A DNA stretch of 63,241 bases, the filler included, from Choristocarpus tenellus KU-1152 (Eukaryota; Protista; Phaeophyceae), in NCBI GenBank assembly GCA_964200185.2. It is 10 parts of 10 records of this genome, joined end to end, with 100 filler letters (N's around TTAATTAATTAA, not from the genome) between each part and the next. Parts side by side here need not be neighbours in the genome. Positions count along the whole stretch, not along the records: positions 36,037 to 40,517 come from CAXNAD020014360.1; positions 40,618 to 49,923 come from CAXNAD020003796.1; 8 more parts are not named here. The stretch is one strand, 5' to 3'. This document shows positions 36,392 to 48,960 of the stretch, in pieces (within the stretch, counting starts at the first letter, position 1; each line of letters starts with the position of its first letter). The position numbers and the translations under genes are program-made. Under the pieces are notes generated by a model. That model worked only from the letters and a program-made list of their open reading frames with translations. It had not been told where the DNA came from and searched no databases.

Positions 36392-36799
36392 TTCAAAATT
36401 ATCTTAGAGGGTAGAGCCGCGTTCATTTGGTTGCGATTTTGATGTAGTTTTGGCTATTTTTTGTTAGGAAGGGCTCAAAGTATCTGAGGGGGGGTGGCGG
36501 CTGTCCATTTGGGGTCAATTTTTTCATGTCGCGATTTTTGTGTAATGTGGTCGCATATGTCCGACGGATAATGAAAATACGTTTTTCCTGATTTTGGCCC
36601 AAATGGACACCCTGGGATCCCTCCCAGATACTTTGGGTCAAGTGTCAATATCTATGTTTCGGACACACTTTTCAATAGGTACACATTTTACGTACTCTGT
36701 AACATTTAGGAGTAGGAAAATGTCATAAAAAACCCATGAGATCCAAGCCCCAAGTGGACAAACAGGGGAAAACCCCTACCCTCTAAGATACTTTCACTC
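36392..36799. mobile_element. MITE family B containing a nested family A copy (36472-36639, AAG duplication)
   Basis: TATCTTAGAGGGG ... TACCCTCTAAGATACTTTCACTC. Removing A and one AAG restores TTGTTAGGAAGTGTCAATAT, as in the empty B copies. Confidence 0.85.
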
Positions 36800-37771
36800 A
36801 GTTAGAGAATTGGCATCTAGTGTGGAGAATCCAAGTTGGTCTGATTGGTGGAATGCTAACGGAGTGATTTGGTACATGTTGGGTACTGAAGAGCATGGAA
36901 TTACCTTTAGGTAACTTTGGATTGTATGGAAATGGACCAAGGGATCAGCTAATTGGTTATACAGATGCTGATTATGCAAACAGCAAGGACAGCAGATTTC
37001 TATTTCTGGTGGTGTTGTGATGTTTGGGGGAGGATGTGTTGACTGGTGGTCGAGGAAGCAGAAAACGGTTACACTGTCTACTGTGCTGAGGCTGAGTATG
37101 TTGCACTGTATGAGTTGGGGAAAGAGGTTATGTTCCTCAAGCAAGTACACATGTTCATGCAACTACTTTGTAAGGATTACTCGGTATCATTGTATGAGGA
37201 TAATGATGGTGCAATAAAGATTTCACAGGAGGCAGTATTTGGTGGTAGAACTAAGCACATATATTCGGTATCTTTATGTACGACAGCTAGAGAGGGAAAG
37301 GAAAGTGAAGATAGGGTACGTACCTACGAAGTTCCAGCAGGCAGATCTTTTTTTGCCGAGGGTTTGTCTGAGGAACTGTTCGATAGGTACGCAGATATCA
37401 TTATGGGTAATGTATGATGTGATGTGATGTGTTGTGTTTGAGATGATATTTTTCACCTGAAGTTCAAAGCAGGGGAGAGTCTCAAGAATATCTCTTTATT
37501 CATGTGTACAAGATGATTCTGTAGGAGAAACTATGAGTTGTTGAACTATTGTTGGATAACCAGATAACTGATAGTAATGTCTCTGTGAGGTAACTACGAT
37601 AATATTATCTGGGTTGTTATAGTCCAACAAGAAGAATCCTAGAAAAGGAATGTTGTAGCAAGTAACACAGGTTTAGTGACGAGTTATTTGTGATCAGGGA
37701 TGTGTGAAAGGTTTATCAACCCCCCCACCTTGGATGGTGTTCCTCACTCCAACTTTCTACCTACGACAACA
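36800..37771 (+). mobile_element. Ty1/copia retrotransposon 3' remnant: RT end, RNase H, PPT and 3' LTR
   Basis: Translation across frameshifts gives SISGGVVMFGGGCVDWWSRKQKTVTLST..EAEYVAL..LYEDNDGAIKI..RTKHI.IRYLYVRQ..YVPTKFQQADL. The purine tract AGCAGGGGAGAG (~37468-37479) is followed by an LTR ending CAACA. Confidence 0.88.
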
Positions 37772-37789
37772 TAACTGAGAAGGAATTTT

Positions 37790-38047
37790 GAGTGAAACTA
37801 TCTTAGAGGGTACGAATTTTTGCCTGTATGTCCATTTGTGGGGCTTGACTTCCCTTGGGTTTTTTATGACATTTCCGACTCCAAAATGTTTCGGAGTAGG
37901 TAAAATGTATATGTTATGAAAGGCATGTCCGAAACATAGATATTGACACTTCCTAGCAAACACGATAGTCAAAATTCCATCAAAATCACAACATTGTATT
38001 TTGACCCCCAAATGGACGCGGCTCTACCCTCTAAGATACTTTGGCTC
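37790..38047. mobile_element. MITE family B, empty copy
   Basis: GAGTGAAACTATCTTAGAGGGTAC ... TACCCTCTAAGATACTTTGGCTC, flanked by TTT. Confidence 0.88.
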
Positions 38048-38165
38048 TTTCCTACATATTTCTATATCAAGGCTTGTGTTTTTTTCTTTTTTAACTTGAA
38101 AAATTTGGTTTACTGATTGATCATGAAGCCTCCCTTTGGTTCTACTTCATTGCCTTGTCCGATAG

Positions 38166-38477
38166 GTGTTCTTCAACACCAAGCCCGGTCAGCCTCGTCG
38201 AGTGGATTTTGCGGTGAGGCTGGAGAACTACGAAGAAGATTGGAACCAGATGAGAACGTTAGGCCCTCCTGGCATCTCAGAGGCTTTTACCAAGATGGAA
38301 AATGTTCGTGAGGGGATGAACGTTTCTTCCAACTCAAAGACAAAGTTCGAGGAGTGGCTCAACCTTGAACCCTATCACTATTGTCGACTGGCACACTACT
38401 ATCGAAAGGACTATGCATGCTTCAACTATCCTTACCCCCAAAAATGTGAAGGATACACCGGGTTAGGGCTCATGTGA
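38166..38477 (+). CDS. Terminal exon of a carbohydrate sulfotransferase (Sulfotransfer_2/CHST-like)
   Basis: A pyrimidine-rich acceptor (..GATAG|) precedes VDFAVRLENYEEDW ... RLAHYYRKDYACFNYPYP, the DF..RLE..EED and Y..D...F.YP signature. Upstream exons lie beyond the gap. Confidence 0.7.
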   Translation: MFFNTKPGQPRRVDFAVRLENYEEDWNQMRTLGPPGISEAFTKMENVREGMNVSSNSKTKFEEWLNLEPYHYCRLAHYYRKDYACFNYPYPQKCEGYTGLGLM

Positions 38478-39159
38478 GGGTCAAAGTGTCTGGGTGGGGT
38501 AGGGGTGGGGGGTCTGCACTGGGGTGCCCATTTGGGCCCTAACCAGGTGTTGCCAAAATGGTACATTTGATTATCTTGTGTCGTGAAGGGTTGATCCTCT
38601 TTTGATGGGGTGTGGTATATGCTGAACTTAGGACATGTGCTCGGCACTTGGATCCGTGTGGACTGCGTGATGATGTCAAGAAAGTCGCCCTTCTGTAGAT
38701 TTTTTGTGTTAGGCGGTTTTTGGTGTTTTGATGAGGTGTGGAATAGCGGTTACCTGTTGTACATTTAGTTGCCTTGAGTTTTGGACTATGGTACTCAATA
38801 TGGGAGGATATTCCATCTGTGTCGGTTTTGCTATGTGTCTGTTAATGACCTTAGTGCCTGGGCAACACAAAGAGGTGAGGGAGAAGGCTTGTGATATAGT
38901 TGCATACATTGGGACATGATTGTGGACGAATTGTTTGCAGTTAGGTTGGCGTTGTTATTGGGGTATACATTATTTCGCTTAGTGTTAGCGCCATGGCACA
39001 TACACATTCTGCAGTATGTTATGTGGGAGAGGGTTAGGTATATAGTGAATCGATACAGGTTCGAAGGGGTGCTGCATGCCATGGACCATGCTAGAACAGG
39101 ACATGACTTAATCATGGCATTGTAATGTTTCAAGAAAACGATAAATAACAGCTACTGCT

Positions 39160-39162
<3 letters not shown>

Positions 39163-39220
<58 letters not shown>
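39163..39220. repeat. (AC)n microsatellite
   Basis: Perfect AC dinucleotide run of about 58 bp. Confidence 0.97.
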
Positions 39221-39222
<2 letters not shown>

Positions 39223-39554
39223 AATCCGAAATCTGATGTCTAACTTCTATAATTCAAAGGCATATCAAGGCAGTTACCAGAAAGTATAAGGAAAACTCGC
39301 TGAATATGTAAATAAGAGGAAATGGACAGTAATCACGCCAATAAACGGTGTAACAGCAAACATTTAGGTGAACGATAGGAAAAATATTATAAACCGAGTA
39401 GAAAAATGTAAAAATGCACTCCCGCATCAACAAAGTCCGACCTACCTAACAGAAGGCGCCCGTGGAAACATTTACCTGATTGATGAAGGAGAGGGTGACT
39501 CAGGAGTATGAACACATACTATAGCTCATCCGCACCATCTCTCTCTCTTTGCCA

Positions 39555-40252
39555 TTACGTCGATGTGGGACTTCTCCAGATCCTGGCCTGTGTAGGAGCC
39601 TCCTGTTCTGTACTGTACAGTTTTACAGCAAGCTGGATATTTCGCACCTCCCCATTCTCCCATTTGACCTCATAGGGGTGGTTGACTCGCTCCTCTCCAA
39701 CTCTCATTGTGTGTCTGGGCTGGTATCTGCTTACGGTTCCTTGCACCCACTGATCGTCCCATCGAAAGTACAGTTCCCTACCCTTGGCTCTTGAACGCAG
39801 TTTCCCTTCCTGGTTCAAATCGGGCGCAACCCTCAATGATGGTCTCAGGAGGATGTATCCCTCGGTATTCTTCTCCTCTCTATTCCACACCTGGTGAATC
39901 ATCTGCAGGCGGCTTTGGATGGAACGCTGGACTGCAGTGTCATTGTGGTCCGTCTTCTTCTTCTCCCGTAGTTGTTCGACCCCCTCCTCGAATTCGTCTT
40001 CTGTCATGTACGACCTCAGACCAGGGGGCAAAGAGTTCTCGCCATCGTTTCGTAGGTAACGCTCAGAGTAGATATATGCCTCTAAATCGTCTATGTCAAC
40101 GTTCCGCACCTCCCCCCGTACGATAGCACCCCCACTCGCGCATAGGATATATCTCCAAACCTGAGTAGCCTTGAGAAGCGAGCAGCTGTCCCACCGAGGG
40201 ATTGCCAGTTGAACTCCGTAGTGAACCTCTGGTATTGACCAGGTTGTAGGTG
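39555..40252 (-). mobile_element. Decayed hAT-like transposase C-terminus followed by a Tudor-like domain
   Basis: With one frameshift it reads FNWQSLGGTAARFSRL-TQVWRYILCASGG..AIVRGEVRNVDIDDLEAYIYSERYLR, resembling the hAT dimerisation region with the S..ER.FS motif missing. It continues GRELYFRWDDQWVQGTVSRY..YEVKWENGE. Confidence 0.45.
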
Positions 40253-43200
40253 CTGCAGCGCCATGACGATGCTTATTGTTAGGGTTGGGTTGATGGGGGC
40301 GACTGTTAGGATGTTTACACAAGATGTTGTGTTGCACATGTTTACAACCCTTGACAAGAACCGAAACAAACACACACAACATAGGCTTCCAAAGGAAAGA
40401 AACATACAGAAGACAATTGTAGTTCGAATATAGTTTATAGAAATTCTGGGAACGTTCTCGAGTGTGGTGTTAAAGTATCCCCAAAATCATCAAAGAGGAT
40501 AAAGGTGATAAACCCGGNNNNNNNNNNNNNNNNNNNNNNNNNNNNNNNNNNNNNNNNNNNNTTAATTAATTAANNNNNNNNNNNNNNNNNNNNNNNNNNN
40601 NNNNNNNNNNNNNNNNNCTCCCCCCCCCCTCCAAATACTTTGGGTCTAAAGTATGTTTTATTTAATAGGGTTAGTGTTCTTACCTTTTTTGTTGGTGCTA
40701 TATTGGTCAAACAATAGAGATCTGGGTTGGAATAGGGTATATTTTGTTTATCGGATTGCGCTTCGTCCGTTCCAGAGTGTGTTGGGTGTTCCTAGCATGT
40801 GAGTGTGGCATATCGTTAAGGGTTGAGATGGTGGTCTATGGATAGATTTTTGTTTTTTACTTTTTTTCCTGTCGTTGCACTGACGTTGGTAAAGTATGAA
40901 TGTAATGATGAACCAACGGAGACCTGGGCAAAGGAGAGTAGTAAGCACACATCCCGCGGTGATTGGTAGAAATCCACAAGGTGGAGACTATTCGTTAGTC
41001 CTGCTGGTGTTGCATCTATTCTTCAAATATTGTGTCGGTATGTTTGATATTGTAAATGTGATTGTGCTTCTGGTCTCTTTAAATGCACTCCCATGCCGTA
41101 AAGTGAAGGTTTAGATAGAGTCTCTTTCTTTTCATTCTATGGCCAATGTGTCGCAGCCTCGTGAGTCCTACAATCATTTCTATTAGTGCTGTGAATGCGG
41201 AAGATCCTCTCTCTACTGGTCCTATGTTGAGAATCATGGTGTGGTCAATGTTTCCGTACAGCTTTTATCCTTTTCGGGAGTCGGGAGTAGCCTTAATTAG
41301 GTGGTAGTGGTGGTCAGTGGTGAAGGGCATTTAAACATGCTGGGTCTGTGAGTGTGCTGTGGACTGGTCCTAAGGTGTGATTACAAAGAGGTATGTATGG
41401 TGCGTGAGTTACTTCTACACACAAATGAAAAACTAGCTTGACCTACGAAGCTACCCCTGCTTGAGTGTTAAGGTTGTGAATGGTCGAGAAGTTCAGGATT
41501 TTGCGTCGCAGGTGGAGTACATGTCCATGTGGATCCACAAATGCTCAGGTAATGTTTACGTACAATTCCATGGAACCCGCACATGTATCTGAAGGTCAAA
41601 AACAATCTCAGGGCCACAATGTCACTTCAGATCCTCGAGTAGCTATGAAGGGTCCAGAAATCAGACCTGGTTCTGATCCCCTCACTTGACCTACCTGCAA
41701 CATCATAGTTTTTTTATTGCTATGAACGGAAACGATCTATGACGATATGCTTTTTTTTCCTCTAAATTTTTCGATGGTGTACTTGATTGAATCGAATCTC
41801 ACGCACAGTGCAAACAGTAAGCAACCGCGAGAAGTGTGAAGGTTGCCTTCCCTTTGTGATTCTCTTCCCTCCTAAAGTACTTAGCAGACCACAACCTGCT
41901 TGCATTCGAGACAGGCTATTATTAACCCATGTTCTGCTCAAGAATATCTGGACTGAAGTGTTGTGAAGAGGGATTTTAATTTTCTATCACTACTACATAA
42001 TTTCTTCCATGATGCTTGTGGATAAATTCGACATGTTGCCGTGGGGAAGACAGAACTCACAACAGAGTCCTTGGTATTGCTCACAACATAAAGAAATTTC
42101 CTCCTACTACTAGTGATGTACTGCAACGTCTGTCTGGCGACTTCTTGATGCTCTCTCTTGTGCCAGTGATAAGTTTCTGATGGTCTGCGACTCATTCCAT
42201 CCAGTAGTATACGATAGAGTACCATTATGTACTCATACTATACATGTAAATTATACATCGTTCCTATATGCAAAAGATTACTACTTAGCACTTTCAAGAG
42301 TCACGGGTGTTTATATTATTTCCCATGTGTTACAAACAGGAGAACAATGTGCTGTCATTGTAGTGTTGCCAACTGTGACAATTCCATCAACTTCAATTTA
42401 TCGAAATAACCGAATAACTGAAGAGAGTTTTTAACATTGCAGCGTAACGGTTATTTACCAATCTCCGCGCAGCGCGCGTCGTCTTTTCTCCCAATACTTG
42501 AATCGAATTGACTGGGATTTTTCCTGATATAATTTTAACCACAAATTCTTTTGGTTCTCAACATTATCGTACACAATGTAACAAATAACCAATCTCCACT
42601 CCACAATTAACAAGTATATTTCTGAAGTACGTTATTGGAGGATTGGTTGTATCTTTGGATCATCTCATCTTGGAGAGTTAAGGTGAAGATCACACTGAAA
42701 ACATAGGTTACCTTCTAAATGTTTGTATTATTAGGGTGAATGGAAAAGGATTGACCCATCAGGATTGACGAGGAGAGGAACACTATCGTAAGGAGATCAT
42801 TGCTTTGCTAAGTAATGGTGAGAGTAGCTAAATACACATACTCTGGAGTACATGCATACACACATAGACACATAAATAGAGCAATTGATTGCCATATTGT
42901 GAACTGATTGCATGTGCAACGGCAGCACCTATCCAGGCTTGGGTGTGTGTGAACTCAACTGAGCCATATCAATATTGCTGTTGCTTTTGAACTTCAAGTT
43001 GTTAGGCAGTGTCTGCATGAGGTAGAACGTTTATCGTGATAGTGATTCACATCAACGTAGTAACGGACATTATAAGAGGCCCAATCTCCTAAGACACTAT
43101 TGCATCTATCTTGTTGGTTTCACAATTAGATCCACATTGACTAGGCGAGTAAGAGGACAACAAAAGTTTCCACTAATCAAGACGTCAAAGAATCCATCCC

Positions 43201-43310
43201 CGCACTTTAAAAATGACAGGGAGAAGCCAAAATCCCATTCCCCTGCCCCCCAACTCTTGCCACTGTGCCATAAAAAATAGCTCTCTCTTCTACCCCCTCT
43301 CTTTTGCCCT

Positions 43311-46300
43311 TTAGCCCTCCTCCTTAGACTTGGGGGATGTGTACGGAGCCTCTGTGTATGGTGCTGAAAGCACCTGTATCAGCGGCTTATTCCAGCGTGG
43401 TCGTGGCCAGAACTGGACGAGGTTTACGTCAAAAATGAGATCTGCCCCAGGAGGTATAACAGGGGGCAACCCTTGCTCACCGTAGGCATACTTTGCACTA
43501 ACTGTGATGCGTGACCGCTCCCCAAAGTTCATGGACCCAACTGTACGATCGAGACCTCTGATTACTTGACCAGCCCCGAGCACAAACTCAAAGGCCCGTC
43601 TGCGTGTCTTCCTTGAAGATTCCACAAGAGTTCCGTCTTGAAGTGTGCAAGTGTAGTGGATCTTGACCACATCGCCAGGTAACGGTTGCTCCCCTTCCTC
43701 CCCCTGAAAAATCATCTCCTTCATTACGTTCTCTCGATCGCACTTAAGCTCTCTCTCCTCATCCTCACCAGGTGGCAGGACTCCGTCCTGATCATGTTCC
43801 TCTCCGTCGTCAGAAAAATTCTATGTAGAGGAGGAAAGGTAAGAATGGACAAAGGACAAGTGTGAGAGGAGACAGGAATGGACGGGAATGAAGTTTAACG
43901 CGCACCAGTCAAGTGGGTGCTCAAAAGGAAGGAGTTGTGCAACCAACTCACAAGCTCAAAGGAGAGGTATATGTGAGACCCTGTTTACCTGCGAGAGCTT
44001 TTTGTGTCAACATCGGTATGTCTATGAGTGCTTCTACGGCTACTGACAAACGACACCAGACTCAAAGTATCTGGGGGGGTGGCGGCGGCTATCCGTTTGG
44101 GGTCAATTTTTTCATGATGCGATTTTTGGGTGATTTGGTTGCATACATTGAATGGATAATGTAATATGCACTTTGCCTGATTTTGACCCCAAAAATGGAA
44201 ACCCTGGTGTAGACCCCCCCCAAATACTTTGGGTCACCACAAGTGTTCAATTTTCATGCTGCGTTTCTCTCAAGTAGATTTAAAGTAGATTTTCTTACAT
44301 TGCCATCATCGGAATTGTAATCTCCATCCAATAGCTCTGAAGGCGTGTCAGATCCACTGACATCAGAGAAGTTGTCCGATTCACTATCGTCACCCCCAGA
44401 CTGCATAATAGGTTGCGACATACATAGGGAGGGTGAGGTCTTGAGGTCATCTCTCTGGGCACAGGGATGTACAAAGTTCTGTATTCCTTTCCTGTTTTCC
44501 ACTAAACTCTATCAAGACACAGCGGCCAGGGCAAGAGAACTTGGTAGGAGAGAGCTTCATTTACTGTTGCTGGGTATGCGGGGGAGATAGTGAGGACAGC
44601 TGGAGAGGAGACATCATGGACCTGGAGATTTGAAAGAACTGCCACTGTAGGACGGTGTTGGCGACTCTATCAAACTCAGGGACTAAGAGTGTCACTTATT
44701 TCATTCATTGATCAAAAGAAAGACCTGTGTTTAACACTGTCAAAATTTACTGGGCACATCTGAAAATATATTTTCCTGACTTCTCTACCGGGGGTAGATG
44801 GTTGAAAATACCCTTCAATTGAGGCGGAACATTGATGTGAGGGTGGCAGGGCCCTATGCATACCACACCTTCTTGTGCTCAAACCGGAGTTTGTATTTCT
44901 GCATGGCAACATCAATACGCCTGACATGCAGGGCATTCCTTACTCCAAGATGTACCCAGTCTTCACTGATGAGATGTAGGAGCAACAGTCCATCAACCTT
45001 TCAGGTGCAACAGAACAGATTATCTTAGTTTTGAAAATGGGACCAATGCCAGCAATGGGATGAGGGATTGTAAAATGGGACCCCGCTCAACTGTTGAAAT
45101 TGTGTAATTTGGCTTATTTGACTATGAACGAGCAGAAAAGTAGGGCTTACTTGCAGGGATCCTTTGGAGGGTACATCAAGCAAGTAAATGAAGTCAGGGT
45201 TAGCGCATGAAATACACATCAAGCAGGTGGGTTGCTCCTGATGAATTTATTTCTACTCAGGACTGACAGAAGTACCCTGGTGGGATTGTTTCCTGGAAGG
45301 AGGCAGTAGTGCTGTTGGTGCACAACTCTTCTCCGGAGTCAAGATGTGACTCAAAGTATCAGGGGAGGGGGTGGCGGCTGTCCATTTGGGGGAAATATTT
45401 TCATGTCGCGATTTTGGGGCGATTTGGTTGCATACGTCGGATGGATGATGTATGTACACTTTTCCTGGATTTGGTCCAAATGGACACCCTGGTGTAGACC
45501 CTCCCCCCCAAAAAAAAATATTTTGGGTCTATTCGTTCTCAGTATAAGGGTCCACACCACATCAGTTGAGTGAAAACGAGGGAGGGATTGAGGAACTATG
45601 TAAGGGGAGGTGGAATTGGAACTAGATACAGCAAGGCCATGGCTGACCTTATTCTCCTGAATTTTGCTGTCATATGTCGTGTAGCCCACCTCGTGAAACC
45701 AACCAATAACATCTTCCACCCCCCATTCATCCATGTGCTTGCTGCGACCCTTTGCCTGGGGAGAGTTGTGAAGCAGAGGGTACAGTCACAGGGAAGCCGA
45801 GACATGATTGTGGGTGAGACGGATTTTGAGTCTCTTTGATACTAATTCACCTACTTATCAACAGCAAATTTACTGCTATGAGGGGAGGGGAGGATTAAAG
45901 GAGTAGAATAGGAGTTGGGACGAGATAATGCAAAGGGGAGATGAGAGACTATGAGTTTCCTTCTGCAGTACTACACTTAGTTCTTGATAAAATATAGAAG
46001 GGGTCAACATGTCATATATCAACAGATCAAAATTTTGTCTACTGTGGGGTATTATTCAAACACTAATTGCAAGTTATCGCAGGATAAGGGTAGACATAAC
46101 TATCTATTGTTCTCTGTGCATGCTTCAAGCACATATCCGAATACAACATAAAATGGTATAGTCCACACTCCATGTAGAGACCTAGGTCTTAAAAAAAACC
46201 GACTTTGTTTCCATGTAAGCACAAAAACAGGGCACTAGTAACACTGTAAATATTGGCCCAGAGGTACTGCTCTTGATTTCCCAATATGTACAATGAGATC

Positions 46301-48364
46301 ATTTCAAGGATTGATAGTGTTACCAACCAAAAAAAAAGGAGTGATGGTTCAGCGCAACAGCTACTCAGTCTCTACTCGGTCTCTACTCAGTCTCAATTGA
46401 CATCTGTAGACATCCCATCAAACCCCACGGTCAATATAGTTTGTCACAGGGTTGGATGAGGGCTATACCTGATCAGGGTCCAGCTCCCCTTTCTGGACCT
46501 TCTCGTCATTCAATTTATCGAGAAGGGCTTTCTTTGCCTCGTCTGCCTCCTTGCTCCTCTCCTCCAGGAGTCTCCTTAGCTTGTCAATTTCCCTGTACCC
46601 AAGGACAGTGGAAACTGAAGTCTGACTGATAGCCACTGTAAAGATTAATTTTGCATTCCTGTTGTTCTCATTTCTGCACACATTGGTTTGTTTGGGGTTT
46701 TAAATGAAGGAGGCATGAAACAAAGACCTCTGAAAGGGGGAGGAGGAATCTCACTGGTCTTTGTTCAGCAGTGCCGAGTCACTTCTGTTGACAGGTGGCT
46801 CATGATCACCAAAGAGAAGGGGTTTGTCCCAAGTTGTCTCTTTGGTCACCTGGCATAGAGTGCATGCATGATGGGCAGAACCTATCTGTTGGGAAATCAA
46901 GCCTGGTGTTCCTCCCCACAAGGGAAATGTTTCAAGATCTTGCAAAGAATGGGGTAGGTCACTGGTCTAACTCAAACGGTGTGACACAGAGGTTTGAGAA
47001 AGGTATTGAACAAACGGGAAACCCTTTCACGCAAATTCAAATACAAGGAATGATTTCATATTTGAACTTGTGCTGGGAACTTTGTCTTGAGAGCTAGAGA
47101 CCAAGCGTGAACCCCCTTGATAAAAGTCTATACAAAGTAGTTTAGTGTTTAGGGGAGCTGCAATACACAACACAAACACATGCACATATATCTGCATATG
47201 ATCACATGCTGTAATATGCTCCAAGCATTAATACAATGCGTTCAAGATTATGATATATAAATTGACTAGATAGAGTGCAACTACGGTGTACTAGCCACGA
47301 AAATGAACATTAGCTCTTTACAGCACTGTCGGATGATTCAATTTTCTGTTGGGTAACTCACCTTGTTGACAAAGAACCAGTTATCTGTCTCTGGGTCGTA
47401 CTCCTTTTCGTAGAGTTCATTGAGGAGAGCTAATGTACTCCTCCATACGAGTTTGCGACGAAAGGCTGCTTGTACCTTCTTTGCGGCCAAGTCCTCCTGA
47501 GTAGGGTGAGAGACACTATGAAACGACACCAGGTACCATCTGTTTGTCTTTCGATCCAGTTCCGTGACACCAGCACCACCCATGTAGTACGCTGGGGTCG
47601 TTCACTCTAGCTAAATATCTCTAGAGTATTCTGTTATTCATAATCAACGCGCCCTCTTACCCCTATTGGTAGGTTTATTCCTTGTGAAGATATTTCGACC
47701 TTGCAAAGAGATCAGAATTCCAAATCCCTACTGAGGTAGTGGTGTTGCAGTCATACCATGAGGTTGTCACCAACCCCACATCACCCTAGGGTCGAGCTTC
47801 TCCCCATGCAGAGCCTTCGGTGCGACCCATTGGCTGATGTTGGTTATCTTATTGAAGTAGAAGTAGGTATCTGTCTCTTCATCGTAGACCCTTTCGTATG
47901 CCTGCCGAACATGCTGAAGAAAATTCTCCCGACCTTTCTGGCCACGGTAGAGTCTGTGTTTCAGGATCAAGGTCCATGTATTGTCGATTTTTATCAACCG
48001 ACGAAGGCGGTGATGGATTGGGATGATACTCGTAGTAGGTGCTGCGTATGGAGACATGACATTCCTTGTAACTTCGGATGTGATACACTAGAGCGTTCTT
48101 TATTTCAAGGAACACAGTACATACTACGCCTTCGGTCATTCCTTCCTCGTATAGGTCCATTTGCGGATCAAGTCCTGCTTACCCCTGAATCCTTGCTGCT
48201 GCCTGTGCCTGAGACATGGGCTGCTTTCTCTCCATTTCAGACACTGAAGACTCTTCATCGCGACTGCTACAGGATGAAGACGACGATTCCGTCCAATTAT
48301 CTCCACCTGACTCCTTCTCGTCCTGAGTATCGTCCTGCTCTCCTCTTCTATCAACACCTGGCAT
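43311..48364 (-). CDS. IQ-WW-IQ-WW-coiled coil-SAM-acidic-FKBP multidomain protein, 9 exons
   Basis: Exons ~48183-48364 and 47785-47953 (AAARIQG|LYRGQKGR; YERVYDEETDTYFYFNKITNISQWVAP), 47362-47496 and 46755-46849 (AAKKVQAAFRRK; YEKEYDPETDNWFFVNK|VTKETTWDKP), ~46469-46598 (coiled coil), ~45648-45755 and ~44864-44998 (MDEWGVEDVIGWF..ENK|VDGLLLLHL..LGV, SAM), ~44299-44400 (acidic) and 43311-43820 (VKIHYTCTLQDG..FEFVLGAGQVIRG..YAYGEQGLPPVIPPGADLIFDVNL, FKBP). Confidence 0.85.
44059..44235. mobile_element. MITE family A (intronic)
   Basis: GACTCAAAGTATCTGGGG ... AATACTTTGGGTC, flanked by ACCA on both sides. Confidence 0.88.
45348..45529. mobile_element. MITE family A (intronic)
   Basis: GACTCAAAGTATCAGGGG ... 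ATATTTTGGGTC; flanks TGT/TAT. Confidence 0.85.
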
Positions 48365-48639
48365 CTTCAATACACTCGTCTCGACTAGTATTTATCAATG
48401 TCCAGTATCCTAGGATTGGTTTGGAAAAAGTGTTACCATAACACGTTAGCACCATTCCAGACGGGCCCCATTGGTTATCTCTTGGTCAGTGGTTACCACT
48501 CGTTAAAGTAGTGTAACGCATTTTTCTATTTTTAGATTTTTTAGTTAGTTTTTCCCCTAGGACACTTACAAAATGTCAGAGGGCATAATAAATACATATA
48601 TTATGTTGTCCATCACTACAATGTCCCTCACAACACATT

Positions 48640-48960
48640 TGACTCTATTAAGACTTGTCATGCGTTTTAAACTAGAGATACCACGGAGATGAGCAAGGAG
48701 GGGGCCTGTCAGATTATTGGGATGCTTCCCTTCCTTGCTCTTGACCTGGGGGTGTAGGACTAAGATAAGTTGGAGGGACAGAGGAAAGTGGTGTAGCATA
48801 GGTGGTAGTAAAATAGTAAATAGAAAATGGTCTCTTTCACAATTACGACAACTAACTGTTGCTTTTTCAGAGGTTGTTCTGATATTTAATTGGCTTTTCA
48901 TTGGTTTTTCCCCTCACACGTCTCCAAAATGTCCAAGCAGCGCATAATAATATAATAATA
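48640..48960 (+). mobile_element. 3' end of the same CRE-type non-LTR family
   Basis: AGACTTGTCATGCGTTTTAAACTAGAGA.. matches 20851 onward and ends in an AAT-rich tail. Confidence 0.7.
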
